Shown piece after piece: positions 31,814-42,202 of a stretch of DNA of 64,000 bases (the first letter of the stretch is position 1; each line of letters begins with the position of its first letter). The position numbers and the translations under genes were made by a program. Origin of the DNA: Acidobacteriota bacterium. GTDB taxonomy: Bacteria > Acidobacteriota > Thermoanaerobaculia > Multivoradales > Multivoraceae. The notes under the pieces were generated by a model. That model saw only the letters and a program-made list of their open reading frames with translations, had not been told where the DNA came from and ran no database searches. Where the stretch lies: assembly GCA_026707545.1 (NCBI GenBank), contig JAPOWR010000001.1, positions 1,329,778 through 1,393,777 of the forward strand, written 5' to 3'.

Positions 31814-32629
31814 ATGACGGAGGCCAACGAGCGCCCCGACCCGGGCAGTCCACGACGTCCACCCAGAACGCGCAGCCAGGTGCTCTGGCCGCTCGCCTTC
31901 GTCACCCTGATCCTGGGCATGGTCGTGGTCATCGTGGTCGGATACGTGATCATCCGGCTGACCCAGGTGCCCGGCGACATGGTCGAAAGCGGCCGGGAAC
32001 TTGGCCGCGCCGCGGTGGAGAGCGTGGAGCGCATCGCGCGGGCGTTCCGGACCGGCAGCGTCCAGACGTCGTTCGTGAGCTACGCCACAGAGGTTTCAGG
32101 CAGCGCCTTTCTTCAGTTCGCAACCCTCGATCAGACCGAAGTGCTGGAGCGCACGGACTCGGCCAGCCTCCTCTGGGGCCGGCTCAGGCTCCCTGACGTG
32201 GTCGTCGAGGCGCGCGTCCCGGTCCGCTACACGTACTACCTAGACCTCGAGGACAACTGGCAACTGACCCTCGACGGCAAGACGGTCACCGTCCTGGCAC
32301 CTGGCGTTCGTGCGAACCGGCCTGCCGTCGACGCCTCGGCGATCGAGTACCGTGTCCAGGGGGACTCCATCCTGCGCGACGAGGAAGCGGTGCTCGAGCA
32401 GCTCCGACTCCGCATTACGGACCAGTTGGCCGCTCGCGCGGGCGAGAACATCGCCCTGGTGCGTGAACTGGGACGGCGCAGGACGGCCGATTTCGTACGC
32501 ACATTCCTGCTCGCCCAGTTCGGCGAGGACGTCGAGGACTACCGGATCGAGGTCCACTTTCGGGACGAGGTCGACCTGGAATCGGCCGTCGATCCGGGGC
32601 CTCCGGTCACCGAGGAACCGCGGCTTTGA
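31814..32629 (+). CDS. Hypothetical membrane-anchored protein (DUF4230-like)
   Basis: 271 aa. One N-terminal TM helix (LWPLAFVTLILGMVVVIVVGYVII), then a soluble domain. No recognisable catalytic motifs. Confidence 0.4.
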   Translation: MTEANERPDPGSPRRPPRTRSQVLWPLAFVTLILGMVVVIVVGYVIIRLTQVPGDMVESGRELGRAAVESVERIARAFRTGSVQTSFVSYATEVSGSAFLQFATLDQTEVLERTDSASLLWGRLRLPDVVVEARVPVRYTYYLDLEDNWQLTLDGKTVTVLAPGVRANRPAVDASAIEYRVQGDSILRDEEAVLEQLRLRITDQLAARAGENIALVRELGRRRTADFVRTFLLAQFGEDVEDYRIEVHFRDEVDLESAVDPGPPVTEEPRL

Positions 32630-33933
32630 CCGACCGGCTGGCGCGGAGGCGCCAGCGACTCCGGGCACGCCAGGCGGACCGCTTCGCGCGCATGGCGGAC
32701 CAGGTCTACGTCCACAATCCCTTCTACCGCGCGAAGTGGCGGGCCGCGGGCTTCGACTCGCCGCCGACTCTGGACGATCTCGCCGATCTCCCCTTCACCA
32801 CGAAGGACGAGCTCGCGGCCGACCAGGAAGCGAACGCACCCTGGGGCAGCAATCTGACGTTTCCCCTGGACGCTTACGTCCGCGTTCACCGCACGTCGGG
32901 CACCACCGGCCGTCCGCTGCGCTGGCTCGATACGCCGGCGAGCTGGCAGTGGTTCCTGGACTGCTGGCTCGCGGTCTATGAAGGCGCCGGCGTCACCCCT
33001 GCGGACAGGGTCTTCGCCGCCTTCGGTTTCGGCCCCTTCATCGGTTTCTGGACCGCCTTCGAGGCCGCGCAGCAGCTCGGTTGTCTGGTGCAACCGGGCG
33101 GCCACCTCTCCACCGAGCAGCGGCTTCAGATGATGCAGGACGACAGCAGCACAGTGCTGCTGTCGACCCCCACCTATGCGCTCCGGATGCTCGAGTCCGC
33201 CCGGCGGCTCGGCATCGACCTCGCCCGCGGCGCCGTCGAGCGAACGATCCACGCGGGGGAACCCGGCGCCGGCGTGCCGGCGGTCAAGCAGCAACTCGCG
33301 GCCGGGTTCGGCGCCGACGTCTTCGATCACGCCGGCGCGACGGAGGTGGGCGCCTGGGGCATCCCCTGCGGCGTCGGCGAGCGTCTTCACGTCCTGGAGG
33401 ACGAGTTCATCGTCGAGTGGATCGACCGGGAAACCGGGCGTGTGCGGCAACCGATCGAGGCGGCCGCGGCCGAAGCCGGCGGCGATGACCTGGGTGAACT
33501 CGTGCTGACGAACCTGGGGCGGATCGGCAGTCCGGTCATTCGCTACCGAACCGGCGACGTTGCGCGGCTGTGCGCCGCCGGTTGCTCCTCCGGCAGGCCG
33601 ACGGTCTACCTGGATGGCGGCGTGGTCGCCCGCGCGGACGACATGTTCATCGTCCGCGGCGTGAACGTCTATCCGAGCGCCGTCGACGCGCTCATCCGGG
33701 AGGCGGGCGGCGTCGCGGAGTACCGCGCGACGGTGCGCCGTCGCTCCCGGATGGCCGAGATCGAGGTGGAGATCGAGCCCGAGTCCGGCCGGGACGTCGC
33801 CACCCTCCGGAACCGCGTCCAGGACCTGTTCGAGGAACGCCTCAGCCTGCGTGTGCCGGTCCGGATCGCCGGCTCCGGCGCCCTGCCGCGCTTCGAACTG
33901 AAGGCCGACCGGTTCAGGTTCAAGGAACCGTAG
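32626..33933 (+). CDS. Phenylacetate--CoA ligase family protein (PaaK-like / F390 synthetase-like adenylating enzyme)
   Basis: 435 aa. TSGTTGRP P-loop of adenylate-forming enzymes, PaaK-type C-terminus. TTG start overlapping the upstream stop. Confidence 0.8.
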   Translation: MTDRLARRRQRLRARQADRFARMADQVYVHNPFYRAKWRAAGFDSPPTLDDLADLPFTTKDELAADQEANAPWGSNLTFPLDAYVRVHRTSGTTGRPLRWLDTPASWQWFLDCWLAVYEGAGVTPADRVFAAFGFGPFIGFWTAFEAAQQLGCLVQPGGHLSTEQRLQMMQDDSSTVLLSTPTYALRMLESARRLGIDLARGAVERTIHAGEPGAGVPAVKQQLAAGFGADVFDHAGATEVGAWGIPCGVGERLHVLEDEFIVEWIDRETGRVRQPIEAAAAEAGGDDLGELVLTNLGRIGSPVIRYRTGDVARLCAAGCSSGRPTVYLDGGVVARADDMFIVRGVNVYPSAVDALIREAGGVAEYRATVRRRSRMAEIEVEIEPESGRDVATLRNRVQDLFEERLSLRVPVRIAGSGALPRFELKADRFRFKEP

Positions 33934-36118
33934 TCACCGGTCGATTGGCGACCATCAGACCCGCGAACAGGAGAGCGCCCAGACCGTTCACCGCGAGGCC
34001 TACCGTCGGGCCGCCCAGGTCGGGCACGAGCAGCAGCGCCGCCGAGACCAGCAACAGCACCCGGAGCGGCATGCTGAGTTCGGCACGAAGATAGCCGCCG
34101 ATGCCCGCGGCCAGGGCGATGATGCCGACGACCGCCGCGCCCAGGGCCAGCAGCAGGGGCGGCAGACCCGCCGCGCCGCCGGCGAACAGGCTCGCTCCGT
34201 TCTCGTCCATCAGCAGCAACGACGGTCGGTAGACGAACATGAACGGGAGCGTGAAGCCCACCAGCGAGAACCGGAAGGCAGCCAACGCGGTGGACATGAC
34301 CGGGGCCTGAGCCAGGCTGGACGCCGCATAGGCGGCGAGCGCGACCGGCGGCGTAACCATGGACATCATGCCGAAGTAGAAGATGAAGAGATGCGCGGCG
34401 AGGGGAATGACGCCCAATTCCGAGAGCAGCGAACCCATCAGTGTCGCCATCAGCAGGTAGCACACCACCGACGGCACGCCCATGCCCAGCACGAGCGAGG
34501 TGACCATGATCCCGAGCAGCGCAAGGAACAGGTTTGTTGCCACGACGGACTTGATCGAGGCCGAGAAGTCGGCGGCGATGCCGGTCTGCTGGACGATGCC
34601 GATGATCACGCCGACGCAGGCACTCGCCGCGACCAGGGGAATCCCGTTGCGGGCAGCCCGGGTCAGGGCGCCCAGGATGTGCGGCCGCCAAGCCCTGTGG
34701 ATCAGGCCGAACACCATGAGTCCCAGCATCGCCACGATGCCCGAGGACAGCCAGGACTCGAAGACCTGCCGGAAGGACGGGTCCGCCCGCGTGTCCGCCC
34801 AAACGAGCTGGTGCAGGATCGCCACCGCCGCGAAGCAGGCGAGGGTCAGGTACCGCAGCCTCCGCGGCAGTTCGAACTCCTTGCGCAGCACGGCCAGAAC
34901 CAGGATCACGATCAGGGAGCCGGTGACCGCGCGAAACGGCGAGAAGCGGAGCAGCAGGAGCAGGATCAGGGCCCCGAGAGCCGAGACGAACACCAGCGCG
35001 TCGAACCGCCTCACCGGCGGCGGCTCGCCCTCCCGCTTGGGCGTACCGACCCGCCGCGAGTAGAAGTGGACGATCAGGAAGATGGACAGGTAGAAGAGCA
35101 CCGCCGGCAGCAGGGCTGCCTGCACGATCTGCAGGAAGGTGACCTGGGGCTCGACGATCTCGAGCATCATGTAGGCGCCCGCTCCCATGACGGGCGGCAC
35201 CAGCGCACCTCCCGAAGCCGCCGCAGCCTCGACCGCGGCGGCGATATGGCGCCTGAAGCCATTGCTGCGCATCATCGGAATCGTGAAGGCGCCGGTGGTC
35301 ACCGCGTTCGCCACCGCGCTGCCGGACAGGGAGCCCAGGAGGCCGCTGCTCAGTACGGCGACCTTCGCCGGCCCACCCGGCTTGGTTCCGAACACCCGTT
35401 CCGCGAAGCGCATGATGAACTGGGTCGCTCCGGACATCTCGAGGAATGCTCCGAAGACGACGAACAGGAAGACGTACCGGAACATGACCGAGGCCGCCGG
35501 ACCGAACACCCCCAGGCTCTGCAGGAAGGTCGTGCCGACGACATCCCGGGGGTTCTGGCCGGCGTGCGGGAAGAGCCAGTCCGGCAGGACGGGCAACCCG
35601 CTCCGCAGGCTGTAGTAGCAGTACAGCGTGTGAGCAACAAAGGCCAGGGCCAGCGCGGGCACAATCCAGCCGATGCTGCGCCGCGCCGCCTCGAGCACCA
35701 GGACCAGGCCGACCAGGCCGAGAGCGATGTCGGCTCCTGTTTCGATTCCGGCTCGGTTTCCGAGCGACCTGCCCTCCGACCAGAGATGCTCGAAGGCCGG
35801 CTCTGTCTGGACGACGACGTAGGCGCACGCCGCGACGGCGGCCAGTCCGAGGACCATGTCGAGACCGCGCAGCCAGGGGTTTGCCGCCAACTTCGCGTGG
35901 AGCGGGAAGGCGAGGAAGCAAAGCAGGAGCCCGGCGCCGACGAACACCGCCAGCGACGACTGGGGCAGCAGCACCCCGTAGTTCACTTCGAACAGGACGA
36001 AAAAGCACAGGCCGACGCCCAGCGCGCCGATCAGGGCGCGTCTTGTGTGCTCAAGCCGCGAACCCGGCCGAGACGCCGCCTCGCCGCCTGCCGTCTGGGA
36101 CTGGTCGGCCGAACTCAA
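33920..36118 (-). CDS. TRAP transporter fused permease subunit (TAXI-type, DctQ-DctM fusion)
   Basis: 732 aa, about 16-18 TM. Fused 4TM/12TM architecture typical of TAXI-TRAP permeases. Confidence 0.85.
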   Translation of the reverse strand: MSSADQSQTAGGEAASRPGSRLEHTRRALIGALGVGLCFFVLFEVNYGVLLPQSSLAVFVGAGLLLCFLAFPLHAKLAANPWLRGLDMVLGLAAVAACAYVVVQTEPAFEHLWSEGRSLGNRAGIETGADIALGLVGLVLVLEAARRSIGWIVPALALAFVAHTLYCYYSLRSGLPVLPDWLFPHAGQNPRDVVGTTFLQSLGVFGPAASVMFRYVFLFVVFGAFLEMSGATQFIMRFAERVFGTKPGGPAKVAVLSSGLLGSLSGSAVANAVTTGAFTIPMMRSNGFRRHIAAAVEAAAASGGALVPPVMGAGAYMMLEIVEPQVTFLQIVQAALLPAVLFYLSIFLIVHFYSRRVGTPKREGEPPPVRRFDALVFVSALGALILLLLLRFSPFRAVTGSLIVILVLAVLRKEFELPRRLRYLTLACFAAVAILHQLVWADTRADPSFRQVFESWLSSGIVAMLGLMVFGLIHRAWRPHILGALTRAARNGIPLVAASACVGVIIGIVQQTGIAADFSASIKSVVATNLFLALLGIMVTSLVLGMGVPSVVCYLLMATLMGSLLSELGVIPLAAHLFIFYFGMMSMVTPPVALAAYAASSLAQAPVMSTALAAFRFSLVGFTLPFMFVYRPSLLLMDENGASLFAGGAAGLPPLLLALGAAVVGIIALAAGIGGYLRAELSMPLRVLLLVSAALLLVPDLGGPTVGLAVNGLGALLFAGLMVANRPVTTVP

Positions 36119-37095
36119 CCCGCGTCTTCGGGCCAGACGCCGATCTCGCGGTAGTACCGCTCAGAGCCCGGATGGAAGGGCGTGCCCGTGTTGCGGGCTG
36201 CGTTGGCCTCGTTGATGGCGCGGCCGGCGGGATGTCTGTCGGCGATCGCCTGACGATTCTCCCAGATCGTCCTGGTGATCTCGTAGATCAGTTCCTCATC
36301 CGCATCAGCGGACGTGATCAGGTGCATCGAGCCGACGTTGAGACCCGGATAGTCCTCCGTGAGGTCAGAGTACGCGTCGGCCGGGATCGTGGCAAGCTGG
36401 AAGAACGGATAGTCCCGGGCGAGCTGCTGGCGCTTCTCCTCGTCGAAGGGCAGGAAGAGGATGTCGTGTGTGCTGCAGGCCTGGGTTACCGCTCCTGTGG
36501 GCACCGCGCCGCCGAGAAACGCAGCGTCGATCGAACCGTCGCCGAGCATGTCGACCGCTCCGCTCTGGGTGCCGTACACCTGGGTGAAGTCGTCGTAGGT
36601 CACGCCATGGGCGGCCAGAAGGGGCTGTACGAACATCTCGAATCCGGCCCCGGCGACGCCGACCATCGCGCGCCGCCCCGCCAGGTCGCTCATCTTCGTC
36701 AGGCCCGAGTCGGCCTTGGTGATGAAGGTGGCGATGTTCGGGGCCAGCGTGACGACCGCGCGAATGTCATAGCTCTGCTCCCAGCCCGAGTCGCCAAGGA
36801 CCGCGAAGTAGCTGATCGCCGAGTTCGACATGGCGAGCTCCAGTTCCCCTCGCACCAGCCGGCGGATGTTCTCCTGCGATCCCTTCGTGCCGCGGGGCTG
36901 CACCCGCCACTCGTTCTCGCCCCGATTCTCGTTCAGCACCTCGGCGATCGCGCCGCCGACGACCGGAAAGGCACCGCCCACCGGGGCCGTGCCCATGCTC
37001 AGGAACTGGGGACCGCCGGACGCGCCATCGCCCGGATCGCCGCAGGCGAAGAGCGGGAGGAGCGCCGCCAGCAGGACGAGGCAGCGAGTTTTCAT
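36115..37095 (-). CDS. TAXI family TRAP transporter solute-binding lipoprotein
   Basis: 326 aa. Signal peptide plus lipobox (LLPLFAC). TAXI/Imp-like SBP similarity. Stop overlaps the permease start. Confidence 0.8.
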   Translation of the reverse strand: MKTRCLVLLAALLPLFACGDPGDGASGGPQFLSMGTAPVGGAFPVVGGAIAEVLNENRGENEWRVQPRGTKGSQENIRRLVRGELELAMSNSAISYFAVLGDSGWEQSYDIRAVVTLAPNIATFITKADSGLTKMSDLAGRRAMVGVAGAGFEMFVQPLLAAHGVTYDDFTQVYGTQSGAVDMLGDGSIDAAFLGGAVPTGAVTQACSTHDILFLPFDEEKRQQLARDYPFFQLATIPADAYSDLTEDYPGLNVGSMHLITSADADEELIYEITRTIWENRQAIADRHPAGRAINEANAARNTGTPFHPGSERYYREIGVWPEDAG

Positions 37096-37174
37096 CGTGG
37101 TGACTCCGGGAGTGCTGGACGGTTTGCGGGCCCGCGGGCGGAGCCCGTGATCATACTCTGCCGCTGGTCCGCTC

Positions 37175-38476
37175 TCAGCGGGCCGGTTCGGCGATGCAGT
37201 ACAGGAAGCTGGCGGTGCGCAGATAGAGCCGACCCTCGGCCACGCCTAGCGACGAGAGCGTAAAGCCCTGGACCTGGTTCTTCGCCAGGATCTCGAACTC
37301 GGGGCCGTCCCGGACCACCGTGGTCACGCCGTCCTCGCTGGTCGCGTAGACCTTGCCGTCGGCGACCAGCAGCGAGGCGCTGTAGGTGCCCGGCTCGAGC
37401 CGCTGGTTCTCCCACTCCGGCTCGCCGGTTCTGGCGTCGAGCCGTGACAGGAGACCGTTGTCGCGAAGCAGGTAGAGCGTCTCTCCGTCCGTCGCGGGGG
37501 TCGGCACGTCGGGACCTCGATCGGTCTGCCACAGGAGTTCCGGCTCGCCGCCGGCCCGGAGCCGCAACGCCTTCATCGGATTGACGCGGGTGGGGACGAA
37601 GACCAGATCCCCCGACGAAACCGGCGACGCGACGACCCGGTACATCGGGCTGTCCCTGGGGTTGAAACCTTCCACGCGCCATAGCTCGCGGCCGCTCTCC
37701 GGGTCGTGCCCGGTCGCGACGTCGCCGCCGTTCAACACCAGGACATGCCCGTCGCCAACCTCCACTAGAGCCGGCGTGATGTAAGCGTCGGGCGACTCCA
37801 TGCGGGCCTCCGTCGGCCGTTCCTGCCTCCAGATCGTCTCCCCGGAAGAAGACTCGATTGCCAGCAGGTAGGACGGATCGTCCGTCTTCATGCCGTGAAG
37901 GACCGGCACGTAGAGCACCTCCCGCCAGAGCAGCGCGGATGAGCCGTAGCCGTGGTTCAGACCGAAGGCGCCGTAGTCCTGTTCGAGTTCCCGCGCCCAG
38001 AGCTGGTTGCCGTCGAAGTCGTAGGCCTGCAGGGCGCCCGTTCCCGTCAGCACCCAGACCCGCTCACCGTCGGTGATCGGGGACGGCGACGACATATTGT
38101 GCTTGCGCTGGAATCGGTTGCCGCCTCCGATCGTCCGCTGCCATGTGACCTCCCCCGAACCGGCGTCGACGCGCCACAGCGACAGGTCGTCGCCCTCGGC
38201 GACGTTCAGGAACACGATGTCGCCGACCACGATCGGGGTCGATCCGGAACGATCCGGTAGCTCCAGCTTCCAGAGGATGTTCCGCTCGACGTTGCCGTCG
38301 TGCGACCATTCGAGCGGCAGGCCAGTGTGTGCGCTGTAGCCGTTTCGCTCTGGCCCGCGCCAGTTCGGCCAGTCCGCCCCGCTCGCCGCCTCTGCCGCGA
38401 ACAGCGCCGGCAGGATGCAGCAGACGGCGAGGCGGCCTCGGCCTCGACGTCGCGATTCCACTTTCGTTCGGTTCAT
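37175..38476 (-). CDS. PQQ-like beta-propeller repeat protein (secreted)
   Basis: 433 aa. Signal peptide; repeated WxxxxGG/GxxVW propeller blades (BamB/PQQ-repeat-like). Confidence 0.7.
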   Translation of the reverse strand: MNRTKVESRRRGRGRLAVCCILPALFAAEAASGADWPNWRGPERNGYSAHTGLPLEWSHDGNVERNILWKLELPDRSGSTPIVVGDIVFLNVAEGDDLSLWRVDAGSGEVTWQRTIGGGNRFQRKHNMSSPSPITDGERVWVLTGTGALQAYDFDGNQLWARELEQDYGAFGLNHGYGSSALLWREVLYVPVLHGMKTDDPSYLLAIESSSGETIWRQERPTEARMESPDAYITPALVEVGDGHVLVLNGGDVATGHDPESGRELWRVEGFNPRDSPMYRVVASPVSSGDLVFVPTRVNPMKALRLRAGGEPELLWQTDRGPDVPTPATDGETLYLLRDNGLLSRLDARTGEPEWENQRLEPGTYSASLLVADGKVYATSEDGVTTVVRDGPEFEILAKNQVQGFTLSSLGVAEGRLYLRTASFLYCIAEPAR

Positions 38477-41418
38477 GCTGCCTCCCTTGCCGCGGCCGGC
38501 TCACCGGCGCCGCCGGTTTCGTCGGTCTCTTCCGCCGCTTCCGGCATCAGCAGCACCTGGACCCGATTCTCGCCTCCCAGGTAGTCCACGGCCGCGCCGC
38601 GGATCATCTCGGCGTCGAGTCCATCGAACAGATCCTCGTAGGCCAGGATGCTGAGCGGATCGTCGCCGTACTGGTACACGCTCTGCAGGACGCCGAGCCA
38701 GAAGCCGTTCGTCTCCTTCGCCGTCTCCCGGCCGCGACGCTGCTGCTCACTGATCTGGGCGATCTCATCGTCCGCGGCCAGGTCATTGCGGAGAAGGGCA
38801 ATCTCCTCCTCGACCGCTTCGAGCATCTCCTCGACGCGGTCCGGAGCGCAACTGAACGAAACCTGGATGGCGAAGGTGGATAGCGGAATCCGATCCGAAC
38901 CCCCGGCGACGTTGGCGCTATAGGTGCCGCCGAGATCCTCCCGCAGGCGTTCCCGGAGGCGGTCCCGGAGCAGCGAGACCATCGAGTTCAGCCGGTAGCG
39001 GTTCAACTGGCTCTGCTCGAAGGGACCGCTGTAGACCACAGCGACCTGGCTCTGGTCCTCCAGACCCTTGTAGACGGTCCGCTCGATCCTCCCCTCCGGC
39101 GTGCGCACACCGACGTCCCGCCAGCTCTCCTGGCGGGTAGCTGTCGGCAGGCCGCCAAGCCAGGTCGTAACCAGCGGTTCGATCGAGTCCAGTTCGAAGT
39201 TGCCGGCAAAGAAGAAGATGAAGTCCGAGAAGTCCGCAAAACGGTCCTCGTAGACGGCGAAGATGCGGTCAAGATCGAGATCCTCCAGCATCTCCTCGGT
39301 CAGGATGCGCCGCCGCGGATGCTCCTGGGTCAGGATCTCCCGAAGCGTCTTGACCCAGGCGTACATCGGCATCGCGCTCTGGTTGCGCAGCAGAGCGCCC
39401 TGGCGGGTCAGGAAGGACTCGAACGCCTCCTGATCTCGCCGCGGAGCGGTCGCGCCGAGGTAGATCAACTCGAACAGCGTTTCCAGGTCCTTGGGCGAGC
39501 CCCGGCCGTTGATGCCCTCGAACAGCGGGCCGATGACCGGGCCGACCCGCGCCACCTTGCCGGCCAGCGCCTTGTTCAACTGGGTCAGACTGAAGTTGCC
39601 GAATCCGGACAGTTGGGCCACCGAGGTCGCCAGGTTCGCCTCCAGCCAGTCCTCATCCGAGACCAGGGAGGTGCCGCCGGGGCTGAAGGAGGCGAACAGA
39701 ACCTCGTCGTTCTTGAAGTCGCTGGGGCGCAGCACGACGCGGACGCCGTTCGACAGGCGCCACTCGGTCACACCGAGTTCCTCGATCGCCTTGCGCTCGA
39801 CGATCTGGCTCGGCGAGGGCCGGCTCGGCACGAGGGCGCCTTCGCCGACATCATCCTCGTAGGCCGCGATCTCGACCTCGCCGACCCGGCCGAAGACGGC
39901 CAGCAGTTCCTCCTCGGTGGGCGGTTCGAGGCCGTCCTTCTCGGGTCCGCTGGTGAGGATGACGCGATCCTCGTCGTGAATCCAGCCGCTGGCGGCCGCG
40001 TTGACTTCCGCCAGGGCGATCTCCGGCACGTACCGCCGCGCGATCTCGCGCTCGTAGGCGATGCCAGGGAAGGCTTCGCCGGTCAGGAAGTTGCGCTGGT
40101 ACTCGCTCGTGAAGGCGGCGGAGTGCGTCTTGTCCCGCTCGTCGTAGGCGCGGTCCATCGCCCGCAGGGTGTTCACCTTGGCCCGTTCCAGTTCGCTCTC
40201 TTCGAAGCCATGGCGACGGGCGCGCTCGGACTCGGTAAGCAGCGCTTCCAGCGCCTCGACCGCGGCGCCCTCGCGTGCCCCCGCCGCAAGCAGGTAGAGG
40301 CTGCGCGTACGGGCCAGAGTCCCCCTGGTGCTCGTCGCGCCGATGAACGGCGGATCGGCCTCCTCGGCCCGCTCGGCCAGTCGGTTGTTCAACATCCCGT
40401 TGTAGAGGCCGCGGACCAGGCGCGCGCGGTAGTCGGCAACGGTCGTGTACGGATCCACCTCGCCCTTGTAGGCGACCGAGATCGAAGAGCGCGGCAGCTC
40501 CGGATCGGTGAACACGGAAACCAGCGTCTCCTCGTGCGGGGGAATCTCTGCCTCGAACCGCTCGCGCGGCTGGGCCGGCCCCACGAGATCGCCGAATCGG
40601 CGGCTGATCTCCCCCTCGATCGCGGCAGCGTCGAAGTCGCCGACCGCGATCACCGCCATCAGGTCCGGCCGGTACCAGTCGCGGTAGAAGTCCCGCAGCC
40701 GCTCCGGCGGCGCCTCGCGCAGGATCTCCGGGTCGCCGATCGGCAGCCTTTCGGCATACCGGGAGCCGTGGAACCGGTACGGGATCTCGGCGTCGCGCAG
40801 CCGCGCGCCCGCGCCCCGGTCGCCACGCCACTCCTCGACCACGACTCCGCGCTCGCGCTCGATCTCTTCGTCCTCGAAGCTGACTCCGGACGCCCAGTCC
40901 TCGAGCACGAGAAGCGCCGTGTCGAGAATCTCCGGGTCGTCGGTCGGCACCTCGAGCATGTAGACCGTCTCGTCGAAACTCGTGTACGCGTTGACGTCGG
41001 GACCGAAGCGCATGCCGATGCCCTGCAGGTAGTCGAGCAGCTCCGTCTTCTCGAAGTTCCGGGTGCCGTTGAAGGCCATGTGTTCCACGAAGTGGGCGAG
41101 GCCGAGCTGGTCGTCGTCCTCGAGCACCGAGCCGGCCCGCACGACGAGGCGCAGGAAGGCGCGGTTCTCCGGCCGCCCGTTGGCTCGCACGTAGTACCGG
41201 AGCCCGTTGTCGAGGCGCCCCGTCAGCACCGCCGGATCCTCCGGCAGAACCTCTGCCAGCTCGTAGGTCCAGCCGGCATCGCCTTCCGTCACTTCGCCGT
41301 CGGCTCCCTGCTGCGCGGCAGCCATAGCGACCACGCCGAGGAACACCGCAAGCGAAGCGATCCCCGCCCGGACACCGTAACTCGCGCCAGCCTCCCAAAG
41401 GCGATTCCACTCGTTCAT
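38473..41418 (-). CDS. M16 family zinc metallopeptidase (insulinase-like, two M16 units)
   Basis: 981 aa. Signal peptide. Inverted zinc motif HFVEHMAF...E. Duplicated M16 active/inactive domain pairs. Confidence 0.85.
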   Translation of the reverse strand: MNEWNRLWEAGASYGVRAGIASLAVFLGVVAMAAAQQGADGEVTEGDAGWTYELAEVLPEDPAVLTGRLDNGLRYYVRANGRPENRAFLRLVVRAGSVLEDDDQLGLAHFVEHMAFNGTRNFEKTELLDYLQGIGMRFGPDVNAYTSFDETVYMLEVPTDDPEILDTALLVLEDWASGVSFEDEEIERERGVVVEEWRGDRGAGARLRDAEIPYRFHGSRYAERLPIGDPEILREAPPERLRDFYRDWYRPDLMAVIAVGDFDAAAIEGEISRRFGDLVGPAQPRERFEAEIPPHEETLVSVFTDPELPRSSISVAYKGEVDPYTTVADYRARLVRGLYNGMLNNRLAERAEEADPPFIGATSTRGTLARTRSLYLLAAGAREGAAVEALEALLTESERARRHGFEESELERAKVNTLRAMDRAYDERDKTHSAAFTSEYQRNFLTGEAFPGIAYEREIARRYVPEIALAEVNAAASGWIHDEDRVILTSGPEKDGLEPPTEEELLAVFGRVGEVEIAAYEDDVGEGALVPSRPSPSQIVERKAIEELGVTEWRLSNGVRVVLRPSDFKNDEVLFASFSPGGTSLVSDEDWLEANLATSVAQLSGFGNFSLTQLNKALAGKVARVGPVIGPLFEGINGRGSPKDLETLFELIYLGATAPRRDQEAFESFLTRQGALLRNQSAMPMYAWVKTLREILTQEHPRRRILTEEMLEDLDLDRIFAVYEDRFADFSDFIFFFAGNFELDSIEPLVTTWLGGLPTATRQESWRDVGVRTPEGRIERTVYKGLEDQSQVAVVYSGPFEQSQLNRYRLNSMVSLLRDRLRERLREDLGGTYSANVAGGSDRIPLSTFAIQVSFSCAPDRVEEMLEAVEEEIALLRNDLAADDEIAQISEQQRRGRETAKETNGFWLGVLQSVYQYGDDPLSILAYEDLFDGLDAEMIRGAAVDYLGGENRVQVLLMPEAAEETDETGGAGEPAAAREAA

Positions 41419-41437
41419 GGTTCCTCCCTAGTTCTCA

Positions 41438-42190
41438 TCAGCGGCTTCCGGCGGTTGCCGCCCCGCCTTCCACTCGCACCACCGCACCGACGGGCAGCGC
41501 CTGGACCAGTGCCTCGAGCGCGCGGTCCGCGGCTCCACGGCTGCGGCTGTCCACCGTCAGCTTGACCCGGTAGTCGCCGTCCATCACCGGATAACTGCCG
41601 ATCTCGACCTCCGCATGAGCGGCGACGACCAGATCGAGCATCTCGGCGATGTCGGTCTCGCGGCACATCGTGTAGACGGCACGGCTGTAGAACCGCCGAC
41701 CGGCAGCCAACCGGTCCCGCAGCAGGGGCAGCTTCATGCGGAAGATCCGCGGTACCCCCGGCAGTACGTAGACGTTCTCCATCACGACGGACGGCCAGGG
41801 CACGTCCGGCGTGCTGACCAGTTCCGCACCCTCCGGTACATCGGCCATCCGAAGGTGTCCCTCCGTGCAGCGCTCCCCCACCATCTCGCGGATCTTCGCC
41901 ACCAGCTCCGAAGAGCGCACCAGAGGCCGCCCGAATGCGTGAGCCACCGCCTTGAGCGTGACGTCGTCATGGGTCGGCCCCACGCCGCCGCTCGTGATCA
42001 CGTAGTCGAAGCGGTGCCGCAGGCGACGAATGTCGGCCGCGATGCCGACGGCGTCGTCCGGGCAGATGACGACCCGCTCGAGTTCGATGCCGAGACCGAA
42101 CAGCTCCCGCGCCAGCAGGGTCAGATTCGCCTCCTCCACCTTGCCGGTGAGAATCTCGTTCCCGATGATCAGGGCCGCTGCCGTCGGCAT
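41438..42190 (-). CDS. CinA-like molybdopterin-binding (MoCF biosynthesis domain) protein
   Basis: 250 aa. N-terminal MogA/MoaB-like domain (AALIIGNEILTGKVEEANLTLLAREL...SGGVGPTHDDVT). Confidence 0.7.
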   Translation of the reverse strand: MPTAAALIIGNEILTGKVEEANLTLLARELFGLGIELERVVICPDDAVGIAADIRRLRHRFDYVITSGGVGPTHDDVTLKAVAHAFGRPLVRSSELVAKIREMVGERCTEGHLRMADVPEGAELVSTPDVPWPSVVMENVYVLPGVPRIFRMKLPLLRDRLAAGRRFYSRAVYTMCRETDIAEMLDLVVAAHAEVEIGSYPVMDGDYRVKLTVDSRSRGAADRALEALVQALPVGAVVRVEGGAATAGSR

Positions 42191-42202
42191 CGGCGTAGCT
42201 TA

